Source of the DNA: Candidatus Nanoarchaeia archaeon
GTDB taxonomy: Archaea > Nanobdellota > Nanobdellia > SCGC-AAA011-G17 > GW2011-AR18
Length of the DNA stretch: 64,000 nucleotides
Assembly: GCA_035289905.1 (NCBI GenBank)
Contig: DATDVT010000045.1
Location: forward strand, 132-64,131
Direction of reading: 5' to 3'
The notes beneath the pieces are model-generated. The model saw only the letters and a list, made by a program, of their open reading frames with translations, ran no database searches and had not been told where the DNA came from. Every line of letters begins with the position of its first letter. The first letter of the stretch is position 1. The position numbers and the translations under genes were made by a program. Below, in pieces: positions 28,661 through 39,351 of the stretch.

Positions 28661-29405
28661 AATATCTTTAATAGTTCCTGCACATAATGAAGAAAAAAGA
28701 ATTGAAGACACAATAATAAATTTTCAAAAGCTACTTAGCGAATATAAAGATTATGAAATAATCTTCGTTTGCAATAATTGTACTGATTCTACTATTGATT
28801 TAATAAAACAACATAAAGAAAAAAACAATAAAATAAAAATTTTAGAATACTCTGGAATAAAGGGTAAGGGTTATGCTGTAGTCTCTGGTCTAAAAAAAGC
28901 AGATGGAGATATTCTTGGATTCTTAGATGCGGATGACGCCTTTGAACATAAATACATCCATAAGATAATCTCAAAATTTGAAAATGAGCATTATGATTGT
29001 GTAATTGCATCTAAATGGAAAAATCAAGGATTTAAAGATGTAAATGAATCATTTCAAAGAAAATTACTTGCTATAGGATGGAATTTGCTCTCAAAAGTAC
29101 TTCTTGACTTAAATTATACAGATACCCAAGCTGGAGCTAAATTCTTAAGAAAAAAGGCATTTAATAAAATCAATAAAAATTTTACTTGTAATGGGTTTGA
29201 TTTTGATGTAGAACTTTTATTTAAACTAAAACAAGCTAATCAAAAAATAACTGAAATATTTGTGCCTACAAAAGAGAGAAGATTCTCAACATTTCATTAC
29301 AAATATGTTCCTGGAATGGCTTGGAGAATAATAAAGTTATTTACTAAAAGAATAAATAAACTACCATATTTGACTATAAAGAGTAGAATGTCTACTTCTA
29401 AATAA
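28653..29405 (+). CDS. GT2 dolichyl-phosphate glycosyltransferase (Alg5-like)
   Basis: VPAHNEE, GKGYAV, FLDADD, DTQAGAK, FDFDVELL. Confidence 0.88.
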   Translation: MSKISLIVPAHNEEKRIEDTIINFQKLLSEYKDYEIIFVCNNCTDSTIDLIKQHKEKNNKIKILEYSGIKGKGYAVVSGLKKADGDILGFLDADDAFEHKYIHKIISKFENEHYDCVIASKWKNQGFKDVNESFQRKLLAIGWNLLSKVLLDLNYTDTQAGAKFLRKKAFNKINKNFTCNGFDFDVELLFKLKQANQKITEIFVPTKERRFSTFHYKYVPGMAWRIIKLFTKRINKLPYLTIKSRMSTSK

Positions 29406-30323
29406 ACCATACAAAAATCCAAAGCCATAACTAAAATGCGTTAGAATCAAACCAAAAAAGATACATAGACTTCTTTCTATTTTAAAAAGTAAAGAACTAA
29501 ATAAAACAATAAATAAATAAAGTAATAAGAATGATACATAAATTAATCTAAACCATTCAAAAAAAATACTGATTATAAAACCAAAAAAAACAAATAAAAC
29601 AAATAAACTTAATATTCCATAATATATTTTTTCAAAAGAAAATTGTTCTTTTAATAACCAAGCAATATCTCTCCCATATATCCACATTTGTTTAGCGTGA
29701 TCTATAAATAACTCTCTTCTATGATGAAAAACAATAATATTTGGAAAATACCAAACCTCTTTACCTAAATTAAGAATATCAAAACATAATTTTGAATCCT
29801 CAGCAGTTAGTAAAGTAGTATCAAAACCTTTAACAAAGTTAAATAATTCTTTTCTAATGAATAAATTACATGTGGGTAACTCCCAAACCCTTTTAGGTTT
29901 TTTTCCAATTTGATACCTTATACTGCTAGTACCAGTTAACCAACTAGTTAATACATCACCCCCACATTTACTCCAATAGTTATCTTCTTTCGGAGTTAAA
30001 TTAGGACCACCTACAATACCAATTTTTTTATTTTCAAATGCAATTAAGGCCTTTTCTATCCAATCGGTTCTAGGATAAGCATCATCATCTATAAAGGCTA
30101 AAATTTCGCCTTTAGCTAGTTTTACCCCTAAATTTCTCTTTTCTGCTGGCCTTATTTTCCCTGTAGGAACTATTTTATAATCTTTAAAATGTATTTTTTT
30201 ATTAAAATCTGGCAAGATAATAGTTTCAAAACTTCGATTATTTAATCTAGAAATAGAATCTAAACATCTCTCTAAACCCCTTCCTATCTCCATACAAGGA
30301 ATTATTATAGAAACCTTAACCAT
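29361..30323 (-). CDS. Glycosyltransferase family 2 with C-terminal TM helices
   Basis: VSIIIP, PAEKRNLG, FIDDDAYP, VGGP, LPTCNL, AEDSKLC; paralog of 20597..21661. Confidence 0.88.
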   Translation of the reverse strand: MVKVSIIIPCMEIGRGLERCLDSISRLNNRSFETIILPDFNKKIHFKDYKIVPTGKIRPAEKRNLGVKLAKGEILAFIDDDAYPRTDWIEKALIAFENKKIGIVGGPNLTPKEDNYWSKCGGDVLTSWLTGTSSIRYQIGKKPKRVWELPTCNLFIRKELFNFVKGFDTTLLTAEDSKLCFDILNLGKEVWYFPNIIVFHHRRELFIDHAKQMWIYGRDIAWLLKEQFSFEKIYYGILSLFVLFVFFGFIISIFFEWFRLIYVSFLLLYLFIVLFSSLLFKIERSLCIFFGLILTHFSYGFGFLYGLFRSRHSTLYSQIW

Positions 30324-30370
30324 ACACTAAATATAAAACTAAAAAATTAAAAATCTTTGCTTATTCTAAT

Positions 30371-30607
30371 TTATATATTCAAAACCCCATAAGAAGCCCT
30401 TAAAAAAACAATACCATAGTCCTTAGTACCTTGATTATCTGTAATCTTACAATCCTTTAAAACAATGTTCATATAAACGTCAAAAGACTCTAAAATTCCT
30501 GTATAATTTTTACCATTAATCAAATCAATACTTATCTTTTTACCCCTCAATTTCATCAAATCCATTAGTGGTTTACTCATTTGAATTGTATTAATTTCTT
30601 CTTCCAT
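30371..30607 (-). CDS. Sm-like archaeal protein (LSm/SmAP)
   Basis: Sm1 motif YTGILESFDVYMNIVL; Sm2-like YGIVFLRA. Confidence 0.8.
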   Translation of the reverse strand: MEEEINTIQMSKPLMDLMKLRGKKISIDLINGKNYTGILESFDVYMNIVLKDCKITDNQGTKDYGIVFLRASYGVLNI

Positions 30608-30644
30608 CTTAATTTAAAAAAATAAAAGTATAAAAAAGTTCCTA

Positions 30645-31260
30645 TTAAGAGGATGGGAATACTGTTGTACCTACTGGACCATAGCTTACTGTTATACTTG
30701 TCTCTTGGTTTGAAGGGCCTACTAAATAATAGGTTTTCTGTAAATTTTGACCATCTATTATTTCTATTCTAGGAGTCATTTTTGTCAAATTTGATGGATC
30801 ATAGGGTAACCCCCTTTGAGAATTCAAATTTAAATTCTTTCCTTTTGCACCTATAAACGCATAAGCATTATATCGATCATTACAATTATTAGCACTTACA
30901 AAAGTTTTTTTAAGCTCGTATACATAAAATTCCATATTACAAAAAGTATCTGACATAGAAGATCGAACTAAATCAAGGATATAATATTTATTAGATGGTA
31001 ATTGAACTTCCAAACCGACCCCAGGGGTTACTAATCCCAAATCTTTAACAATTTGACCTGTTGCTCTATCTTTTATTTTAACATACGTATTAATCGTAAC
31101 CGGTTGAAGCAATACTTAAATTGCCAGTACCTGCAACAAAATTACCAGTATATTCTTCACTTGTACTATTCAAAGTAAACATAGCGACAGCTGCGATGAC
31201 AACAACTAAAACTATTGCAACTAAACTTCCATAAAAATATTTATTTTCTATTTTAATCAC
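30645..31260 (-). pseudogene. Frameshifted secreted/membrane-anchored surface protein
   Basis: The upstream frame (31260-31090) encodes an N-terminal TM (YFYGSLVAIVLVVVIAAVAMFTL) then EYTGNFVAG and stops. The body continues in a +1 frame (31112-30645). SD-like GAGGTGA is followed by ATA-GAA-AAT-AAA, possibly a mutated ATG. Confidence 0.55.
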
Positions 31261-31291
31261 CTCTTATTTTAATAAGTAATATTAAACTAGT

Positions 31292-32497
31292 TTATAAACT
31301 TAACCTTATAATATGTTTACCGAATCTATTTATATGCTGTTGCAAATATCCCAAGTCGCCATTAATTTTGAAAGAATTGCTATCTAATATATAACAATAC
31401 ATACATTTAATGCATTTATTCATAGGAATTTTTCCATTTTCAGCCCTTAACTCCATCGGGCAATACTCTTCTAAAATCCGATTATTACCAATCATTTTAA
31501 TTTCTTTTACATTGATTTCATCTAGAATATATACATCTTGTCTAACCTTTATTTTATACAAAAAATCTGGAATCGGACCAGAGGAAAATAAAGGATCAAA
31601 AATTTTCCAGTACCTTGGTCTAACAAATATATTTTTCAATAAAACAGAAGCAGCAAGATTTTTTTTAGGTCTTAAAAAGTTAAATTTGTTTTTAATATCA
31701 CTTAAAATTTTTAAATCTTTTTCAGTAAAATAGTTCTTTTTAAGCCTTAAATATTCAATCTCATCAATATCAAAACCCATTAATTTAGCACAAACAGTAT
31801 CTACAAAAAAACAGTCTTTTCCAGCAATTATACAACCTACTTTTTTAGCAATTCCATCTCCTGGACCATCACCTTCCATTGCTACAATTCCATCAACAAT
31901 ATTCAAATCAACTCTAATCTGTTCACCCAAAGAAACAATATTGGGAAAAAAATTATCATGAATTCTTCTTTTCTCTAATCCTTGTAAACAACCCATTAAA
32001 TTTTTTGTTGCGATAGATATGGTTGCCTCCATATGGGTCTTTAATTTTGGTAAATTAATAACAAAATCAGCTTTAAACAATTCTTCACTAACTTTAACTA
32101 ACTTGTCATCAGCTAACTTTATTTCTCTAAATTCTGTTTTATTCAAATCAATAACATCCACACCTAAAACATTACCAAGATCTTTAATTCTTAACCTTTT
32201 CAAAACATCAATTCCTAAATGACTGATGCCACAGTTACAACCCTCAGCTATTATTATTTTCTTATATCCTCTGCTCCTCAACTCATCTATAATAGAAATA
32301 ATAATCCTTAAGTCTGTACTATTTCCAATCAAAGCATTTAAATCATTATTACAATTTGGTTTTAATAATATTCTAATATTCTTATCTTCAGGTAAATTAA
32401 AAATATTAAAAATTTTATAAATAATTCTCCGAATATCTTTAAACTTAAATATTCCCTCCCCAATAATTACTTGTTTAGATAGGTTATATTCTTCCAT
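31292..32497 (-). CDS. DUF362 domain protein with C-terminal ferredoxin-like Cys motif
   Basis: ILLKPN, IIIAEG, INLPKLKTH, KNLMG, IVDGIVAMEGDGP, C-terminal CP...CIKCMYC. Confidence 0.8.
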   Translation of the reverse strand: MEEYNLSKQVIIGEGIFKFKDIRRIIYKIFNIFNLPEDKNIRILLKPNCNNDLNALIGNSTDLRIIISIIDELRSRGYKKIIIAEGCNCGISHLGIDVLKRLRIKDLGNVLGVDVIDLNKTEFREIKLADDKLVKVSEELFKADFVINLPKLKTHMEATISIATKNLMGCLQGLEKRRIHDNFFPNIVSLGEQIRVDLNIVDGIVAMEGDGPGDGIAKKVGCIIAGKDCFFVDTVCAKLMGFDIDEIEYLRLKKNYFTEKDLKILSDIKNKFNFLRPKKNLAASVLLKNIFVRPRYWKIFDPLFSSGPIPDFLYKIKVRQDVYILDEINVKEIKMIGNNRILEEYCPMELRAENGKIPMNKCIKCMYCYILDSNSFKINGDLGYLQQHINRFGKHIIRLSL

Positions 32498-32552
32498 AAA
32501 ATAAACTTATCTCAATAATTTATAAATATTTCATATTATATAATCTATATCT

Positions 32553-32849
32553 TCAACAAAAGCTTTCTAATTCCTTTAATTTATCAATATAATTCCCAGA
32601 AACATCAACCCAAACCTCAGACTCGCTTATATGCATAATTACCTCATCACAAAACTTAATATCAATAACCTTCTCATTTTCATACAAATCTTCTAAAAAA
32701 TCAACTAAATCCTTAACCTCAACCTCTTTTTCACCCAAATCATATTTAACAACTATCTTATTAAAATTTAAAGTATTTATTATTTCATCTAAAACCTCAA
32801 TATAATCAAAATAAGACTCAACAACAAATCTCTTTTCCATTAATTCCAT
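32553..32849 (-). CDS. Hypothetical acidic protein
   Basis: 98-aa ORF with ATG and host-like minus-strand codon usage; no recognisable motif. Confidence 0.6.
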   Translation of the reverse strand: MELMEKRFVVESYFDYIEVLDEIINTLNFNKIVVKYDLGEKEVEVKDLVDFLEDLYENEKVIDIKFCDEVIMHISESEVWVDVSGNYIDKLKELESFC

Positions 32850-32864
32850 AAGAACTTAAAATAT

Positions 32865-33902
32865 TTAAATATATTTGTAACAATCCCATAGTTTCAATTC
32901 TTTAGGAGTCTCAAAATTTGAAATAAACACACCATCCAAATTCTGATAACCGTGCATTCCTTTTATTTTTTCTTTGTTGTAATAGTTTGGCCAAAAAACA
33001 CCGCCATTCTTTAAGCTTATTATCGTTTCTCCATGCTTTCCAGCAGGGGGTAAACCGCTTTTTCTCATCATTTCTTCATCCCAAATAATCACTCTACTAT
33101 CCCCTATATTATCTAGAATTTTCTCTCCGACATCCCAAAACCTACAGATTGTAGAATCAATAAACATTTTTCCTCTAAAATCTCCAACTAAATCCTTAAT
33201 ATCTATAAAAAATTCAACATTGCTCATTCCATGATCACTCCAAATAATTATCTTTCCTTCACCAAAAGCCTTAACAATAAACTTAATTCTATCATCCATT
33301 TCTTTCAAACAATCTTCAAATTCTATAGAATTTACACCGAACTTATGGCCTGTTTTATCCAATTCAACCAAATGAATATAATACACATCAAAATCCCTAT
33401 TAAAATATTTAACAAAAGATTTAGCCTTTTTCCAGTCATTATTAAAAAAGGGTCTAAGTCTATGCTTTCCATTTATAACCAAATGAGGCCAAGAATAACA
33501 TAAATATTTTTTATTTAAAAAATAACTATCCTTAACATCCCAAATATTTCTTTCGGTAGCTACATCAACCCAACCAAAAACATCAAAAGGAATATTATGC
33601 AGCTTACACAAATAACTTCTTCCATCTAAATATTGTTTTAAAGCAAAAAAATAATCTAAAGCGCTTCTAAATCTTTTCAAATATTTTTTATCTTTTAAAA
33701 ATCTAAAATATCCATCTTTCTTAATAAACTCCACCCAAATATCATTTTCTATAGGTTTCTTACCTGTAAAAAAACTAAATTCTATCCCAGTATAACCAAA
33801 AATTGTTTTTAGCCTAGCTTTATTCTGAAAACTAGTTAAAAACTTCATTTTATCTAATTGATCATAACCTAAGGCATCCAAACAAATAATTAATGTTTTC
33901 AT
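32865..33902 (-). CDS. Alkaline phosphatase superfamily protein (nucleotide pyrophosphatase/phosphodiesterase-like)
   Basis: IICLDALG, FTGK.P, ELDKTGHKFG, WSDHGM, GMHGY metal-binding motifs. Confidence 0.82.
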   Translation of the reverse strand: MKTLIICLDALGYDQLDKMKFLTSFQNKARLKTIFGYTGIEFSFFTGKKPIENDIWVEFIKKDGYFRFLKDKKYLKRFRSALDYFFALKQYLDGRSYLCKLHNIPFDVFGWVDVATERNIWDVKDSYFLNKKYLCYSWPHLVINGKHRLRPFFNNDWKKAKSFVKYFNRDFDVYYIHLVELDKTGHKFGVNSIEFEDCLKEMDDRIKFIVKAFGEGKIIIWSDHGMSNVEFFIDIKDLVGDFRGKMFIDSTICRFWDVGEKILDNIGDSRVIIWDEEMMRKSGLPPAGKHGETIISLKNGGVFWPNYYNKEKIKGMHGYQNLDGVFISNFETPKELKLWDCYKYI

Positions 33903-34065
33903 AGTTTTTAAAGATAGAACAATAATTTAAACCTTATTTTTTTGCTTAAATCTAATAATTTCTTAATGCCAATATTAAATATATAATTTTAATAAGTATA
34001 ATGGTTATTAATTACAACATTAAACTTTCTCGATAAAAGACATACTTTTTTCTTGGTTTTTTAAA

Positions 34066-34353
34066 TTAATTTGCTTGAGAAAGATTAATTAATCTTGCCT
34101 CTAAAACCGTTCCATTAGATTTAAAATTACTATCTCCATTATCTTCTACCCTTTCATAAAATAATAATTCATAATAACACTCACAATTAGCCCGCCTTAA
34201 GCTATCAAGATACTTACCTAATTCCTCCGTAGTTTTAAAGCAGAAAAGACGATTAGAACCAGTAAAAGCAACAGCATAATTAAAATCAGATATATTATCA
34301 CACCTAACAATGTCTTTACCGTTGACTTCATAATATTCGTTCATAAAGAACAT
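34066..34353 (-). CDS. Hypothetical protein
   Basis: 95-aa ORF with ATG and upstream TATA-like TTTTATATAA; no motif recognised. Confidence 0.5.
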   Translation of the reverse strand: MFFMNEYYEVNGKDIVRCDNISDFNYAVAFTGSNRLFCFKTTEELGKYLDSLRRANCECYYELLFYERVEDNGDSNFKSNGTVLEARLINLSQAN

Positions 34354-34404
34354 AAAAAAATAACTTATATAAAAAGCTTATTCATTAATTAAAAAATATA
34401 TTTT

Positions 34405-35676
34405 CTAAACTATCTTTTGTAAAAAGAAAGCAACATAAGCATTAGCATAATCTTGGCTTATTGATTCCCAATCATTGCCTTTTACAGGATAGATACTACT
34501 TAAAATCATTCTACCCTTCATCAACATTTCTTTATCTACCCCTTCCTCTTTCAAAGAAAATAATATATAAGGCAGAGCAGAAAATATTACTAAATCCGGC
34601 CCGGAAGAAGAATAGAATATTTTATAGTAATCTTTATTTATTTGTTCTTTAACTCTTAAAAAATATTTATATTTGAAATAATAAGGCAAAGAAAATCGCA
34701 TCACCTTAGGAATTAATTTATTATCTATTCCTCTTAATTTCAAAAACCAATATCCATATTGTTCATAGTATTCTTTTCTCATATTTAAAATAACATTACT
34801 TAAATCATTAATCTCCCTTATTTCTTTTCCAGTAAACTTAGAAAAAAAGTATTTTGCAATCTCATACATATCTTTTCTTGCCTGATGCCAATATTCTAAA
34901 TCACTTAAATTAATATCCCTATCTAAATCTAATTTCCAAGTAGTAGCTTCAACAACTCTATCAACAAGATGGGGTATTAAAGAATATAATTCAGAAAAAT
35001 CTTTTTTATATGTTTCTTTAAAAATTTGCATTCTTTTAAAATAAGTGGGGGCATATTTTTCGCTTAAAATTAACAAAGCAGTACATGCATCAATATAAGC
35101 CTTAGCAACAAAATACTTTAACATCTCAGGATCATGCTTTCCATCTAAAGACATATATTCTACTAAATGGGTCATTCTATTCAACAAAACCCTTGCAGCC
35201 TCGGCTATTGGGATATCTTTAACCTTATAGTCTGGAATTAAATATCTTAAATCCTCACCCCAAACAACAACAGAAGAATTTTTTAATTCATAATACCTTA
35301 GCATAGGAAATAAAGTTTTTAATTGATCAACAGTTAAACATTTAAAATCATAATAAAAATTATCCCCTAAAGTCTGTTTTTTATCAAAAATTTCTAAAGT
35401 AATTCCTTTTTTATTCCATTTTGCAGCAACCAATCTAGCAACCTCTTCTATATATCCATTATCTATTCTTTTATCAGTTATAACATAAACATCATAATCA
35501 TTTGCTGGAAAAAATTTACCATCAATAAACCTACCACTCCCTTCTCCTCTCCCAAAACCTCCATACAAAATAATACTTCTTACTCCTCTAATTCTCTCGA
35601 GAACGATCTTATTAGCCAAATCCATTTGTGTTTGAACTTGATCATCTCCTTTTGAATTAAAACAATATTTACCCAT
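34405..35676 (-). CDS. Pol-beta superfamily nucleotidyltransferase-like protein with helical C-terminal domain
   Basis: ILYGGFGRGEG and NDYDVYV (hG[GS]...DhD) signature. Confidence 0.7.
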   Translation of the reverse strand: MGKYCFNSKGDDQVQTQMDLANKIVLERIRGVRSIILYGGFGRGEGSGRFIDGKFFPANDYDVYVITDKRIDNGYIEEVARLVAAKWNKKGITLEIFDKKQTLGDNFYYDFKCLTVDQLKTLFPMLRYYELKNSSVVVWGEDLRYLIPDYKVKDIPIAEAARVLLNRMTHLVEYMSLDGKHDPEMLKYFVAKAYIDACTALLILSEKYAPTYFKRMQIFKETYKKDFSELYSLIPHLVDRVVEATTWKLDLDRDINLSDLEYWHQARKDMYEIAKYFFSKFTGKEIREINDLSNVILNMRKEYYEQYGYWFLKLRGIDNKLIPKVMRFSLPYYFKYKYFLRVKEQINKDYYKIFYSSSGPDLVIFSALPYILFSLKEEGVDKEMLMKGRMILSSIYPVKGNDWESISQDYANAYVAFFLQKIV

Positions 35677-35850
35677 AAAAAAAAGAAATATATCGTTTAT
35701 ATTAACTTAATTATGCTAAAGATATTGTATTTATTTAAAATAAGCTGAATTCAAATCAAATATAAACAAAAAAATGATCTAAATATTCAAAAACCAATAA
35801 CTTTAATTTAAATATATTTATAAATTTAATAATATAGGAGAAAAAATTAA

Positions 35851-37236
35851 ATGGATGATATTATCTTCATAAACCCCCCATATTATATTAAAGCTGAAAA
35901 AAAATTAAATCTTGCATTTTATAGAGAGTTAGATATTATTCAACCATTAGGATTATGTTATCTTGCTTCAAGTTGCCAAAAAAAGGGATTGAAAACTAAA
36001 ATAATTGATATGGAAGCAGAAGCAATTAACTTAAAAAAATTAATTTTTAAATTAAAAAAATTACAACCAAGAACAATAGGTATTACCTGTCCATCACCCT
36101 TACTTAAAAACGTACTAACAATTAGTAACGAAATAAAAAAAGAACTTCATATACCAATAATAATTGGTGGACCTCATACAATGATCAATCCAGAAACTTT
36201 AATTAATGATCAAAATATAGATTATGTTATCAAAGGAGAAGCTGAAGATACACTTCCAGAACTAATAAAAGCGATTAATTCAAAAAAAAATCTAGAAGAA
36301 ATTCCAAATTTAATATTTAAAAAAGAAAACAAAATTATATCTACTCCAATTAAAGATCAGGAAAAAGATATAAATGAGTATCCATTTCCAGCAAGAGAAC
36401 TATTAAATAATAAATATTATTTTAGTATTTTTACAAAAGGAAATGTATGCACTGGTATTATAACCTCAAGAGGATGCCCCTACAACTGTATATTCTGTAA
36501 TCCATTATATAAAAAAATAAGAAAAAGAAGTATAGAAAATGTAATTCAAGAAATTAAAGAAGTGATTCAGAAGCATAATATTTTATATTTTGAATTTTTT
36601 GATGAAACATTTAATTTAAATAAAAAATGGTTAATAGATTTTTGCCAAAAAATTATAGATGAAAAAATCAATATGAGATGGAGAATCAGATGTCGCCCAG
36701 ACCTAATTGATGATGAAATTAGTTCTATATTAAAGAAAGCAAACTGTATAACTATTTCATTAGGGATAGAGTCTGCAAACGAAAACACATTAAAATTTTT
36801 TAAAAAAAATTATACTCTAACGGATATTAAAAAGGCTATAAAAAGTATAAAAGAGCACAAATTAAAAATCCATGGATATTTTATTCTAGGATCACCAACA
36901 GAAACAAAAGAAGAAATGTTAAATACAATAGATTTCGCAATTAAAAGCAAAATAGATTATGCAAGTTTTACATTACTTACACCTATTCCAGGAACAGAAC
37001 TATATAAAATTGCTATAGAAAAAGGCTGGTATAAAGATCAAAACAAAACTGACTACTCAGAACAAAGTGGATATATAAAAGCTGTGTTAAAACATCCTAC
37101 ATTAAGCCAAAAAGAGATTGAAGATATCTATGCTCTTGCATACAAAAAATTTTATTTAAGAGGTAACGGTATTAAGGGTTTAATTATGCTAACAAGCCCA
37201 AAATTAATAATGAAAGCTATATCAAGGATATGTTAA
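35851..37236 (+). CDS. Cobalamin-binding radical SAM protein
   Basis: PLGLCYLAS, GGPH, GEAE, TSRGCPYNCIFC, FFDETF, GIESA, ILGSPTET, TPIPGT. Confidence 0.9.
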   Translation: MDDIIFINPPYYIKAEKKLNLAFYRELDIIQPLGLCYLASSCQKKGLKTKIIDMEAEAINLKKLIFKLKKLQPRTIGITCPSPLLKNVLTISNEIKKELHIPIIIGGPHTMINPETLINDQNIDYVIKGEAEDTLPELIKAINSKKNLEEIPNLIFKKENKIISTPIKDQEKDINEYPFPARELLNNKYYFSIFTKGNVCTGIITSRGCPYNCIFCNPLYKKIRKRSIENVIQEIKEVIQKHNILYFEFFDETFNLNKKWLIDFCQKIIDEKINMRWRIRCRPDLIDDEISSILKKANCITISLGIESANENTLKFFKKNYTLTDIKKAIKSIKEHKLKIHGYFILGSPTETKEEMLNTIDFAIKSKIDYASFTLLTPIPGTELYKIAIEKGWYKDQNKTDYSEQSGYIKAVLKHPTLSQKEIEDIYALAYKKFYLRGNGIKGLIMLTSPKLIMKAISRIC

Positions 37237-37237
37237 A

Positions 37238-37954
37238 ATGATAAATATCTTTTTACCTATTTACAATGAAGAAAAAATTGCTAAAAAAAATATTTTAGAG
37301 GTATATGAAAATGCTAAAAAACTAAAAGACTTGTTTAAAATAAACATCATAGATGACGGATCAACAGATAAAACCTCAGAAATCTGTAAAGAATTTATGA
37401 AAGAATACGAAGAAATAAATTATTTATATTTTAAAAATGGTCCTTCAAGAAGAGAAAATCTCAGTAAATCGTTTTTAGATGTTCCTGATAATGAAATAAT
37501 ATGTTTTATGGATATAGATTTAGCATCAGATATTACTAGAATTGAAGATTTAGTTAATTATATAAAACAAGGGTTTGATATATCTATAGGAAGTAGATAC
37601 AAAGGAACTAAAAGTGTAAGAAGTTTGAAAAGATTAATAATTAGTAAAACATATAACTCTCTTATAAAAATTTTATTTGGATCAAAGATAAAAGATCATC
37701 AATGTGGATTTAAAGCATTTAAATCAGAAAAAATTAAAGAAATCATTCTACAAATGGACGATGATCCATTATTTAAACGTGGATGGTTTTGGGATGCAGA
37801 AATATTACTTAGAGCACAAAAAAATAAGCTTAAAATTAAAGAATTTCCAGTTAGATGGGAAGCAGGAAAACAAAGTAGTTTTGATTTCAAAAGAGAATTA
37901 AAAATAGTAAAATATATGCCAATCCTATTCAAAAAAATTAAAAGGGTAAATTAA
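37238..37954 (+). CDS. GT2 dolichyl-phosphate glycosyltransferase (AglD/Alg5-like)
   Basis: LPIYNEE, IDDGSTD, FMDIDLA, GSRY, DHQCGFKA, WFWDAE. Confidence 0.88.
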   Translation: MINIFLPIYNEEKIAKKNILEVYENAKKLKDLFKINIIDDGSTDKTSEICKEFMKEYEEINYLYFKNGPSRRENLSKSFLDVPDNEIICFMDIDLASDITRIEDLVNYIKQGFDISIGSRYKGTKSVRSLKRLIISKTYNSLIKILFGSKIKDHQCGFKAFKSEKIKEIILQMDDDPLFKRGWFWDAEILLRAQKNKLKIKEFPVRWEAGKQSSFDFKRELKIVKYMPILFKKIKRVN

Positions 37955-39351
37955 CGACTCATACCAATAGCAAATTTTAAACCCAACCAATACTTCTTAA
38001 TGTCATTAAAATTTTTTACTCTTTTTATATGTTTTATAATATATTTTGGTCTAAAATAAAACTTACGATAGGCCTCTTTTTGAATCCTAATTAATTCATC
38101 CACAGAATTATAACCCTTAGGTAAAAATACTACTTTAAAAACAGAATAATCATTTAAATTTTCATTAATTATTTTTCCTTCTTCTTTACACTGATCATAT
38201 AACTTTGTACCTGGATAGGGTGTTGTAAATAAAAACTGAACATAATCTAAATCTAAATCTAATGCAAAATCAATGGTTTTGTTAGCCATTTCTAGGGTTT
38301 CTCCAGGTAAAGCTAACATAAAAGAACCTCTTACTTGAATACCTGCTTCTTGTGCCCATCTAACCGCATTACGTGATTGTTCTAAAGTAATATTTTTATT
38401 AATTTTATCTAACAATTCTTGATTACCACTTTCTAAACCATAAAATATATTCCAACAACCACTTGAAGCCATTTTTTTTAAAATCTCTTGATTAACATAA
38501 TTAACTCTAGCATAACAACTCCACCTAATCTCAATATTTTCAGACTTTAATAAATCACAAAACTCATTTACCCATTTATTACCAATAACAAATTCATCAT
38601 CCCAAAAACTAATCTCTTTTATTTTATATTCTTTAATTAAATATTTTATTTCTTCAATTGCTCTTTGTGGACTTATTCTTCTATATTTATGTCCTAATCT
38701 TCCTGCCTCAAAACAAAAGGTACACTTTCCATATCCACATCCTCTTCCAGTAATCATATTTGTAATGGGTAAAATGTTATATTGATTAGGCAAAGGAATA
38801 TACTTTTCCATCTCAAAAAAATCTCTACGTGGAATAGGTATTTGATCTAAATCTTCAATAATTTCTCTTAAACCTGCGAAAATAAGATTGCCATTTTCTC
38901 TAGAATAAACTCCTTTAATATCTTTATTAAAAGAAGAATTAATTAATTCTAAAAAACTATATTCTCCCTCTCCCACAATAACAAAATCAACAAAATCATT
39001 TTCTTTTAAAATTTTTTGAGGTATACAAGAAGCATGAGGTCCACCAATTATTATCTTAACTCCTAATTTATCTTTTAAATGTTTTGCGATCTCTATGCCT
39101 TTATTATAAATATTAACTAAAACAGAAATACCTACTACATCTGGTTTAAATTCTTTAACAAACTCACAAATTTCATCTAAAGAAAGATTATTTACTTGCA
39201 AATCTAAAATTTTAACACTGTGGTTATTTTCTTCTAAAACTGTACCTAGATAAGCTAAACCTAATGGGGGCAAATAGCCTCTATCAATCTTTACTTTATT
39301 AGAATATCTATCTTCTAAATCACATTGAGGAAAAATTAAAATGATTTTCAT
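37951..39351 (-). CDS. Cobalamin-binding radical SAM protein (CX4CX2C variant)
   Basis: PPLGLAYLG, GGPHAS, GEGE, GRGCGYGKCTFC, FWDDEF, GLESG, FMLALPGET, TPYPGT. Confidence 0.9.
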   Translation of the reverse strand: MKIILIFPQCDLEDRYSNKVKIDRGYLPPLGLAYLGTVLEENNHSVKILDLQVNNLSLDEICEFVKEFKPDVVGISVLVNIYNKGIEIAKHLKDKLGVKIIIGGPHASCIPQKILKENDFVDFVIVGEGEYSFLELINSSFNKDIKGVYSRENGNLIFAGLREIIEDLDQIPIPRRDFFEMEKYIPLPNQYNILPITNMITGRGCGYGKCTFCFEAGRLGHKYRRISPQRAIEEIKYLIKEYKIKEISFWDDEFVIGNKWVNEFCDLLKSENIEIRWSCYARVNYVNQEILKKMASSGCWNIFYGLESGNQELLDKINKNITLEQSRNAVRWAQEAGIQVRGSFMLALPGETLEMANKTIDFALDLDLDYVQFLFTTPYPGTKLYDQCKEEGKIINENLNDYSVFKVVFLPKGYNSVDELIRIQKEAYRKFYFRPKYIIKHIKRVKNFNDIKKYWLGLKFAIGMSR

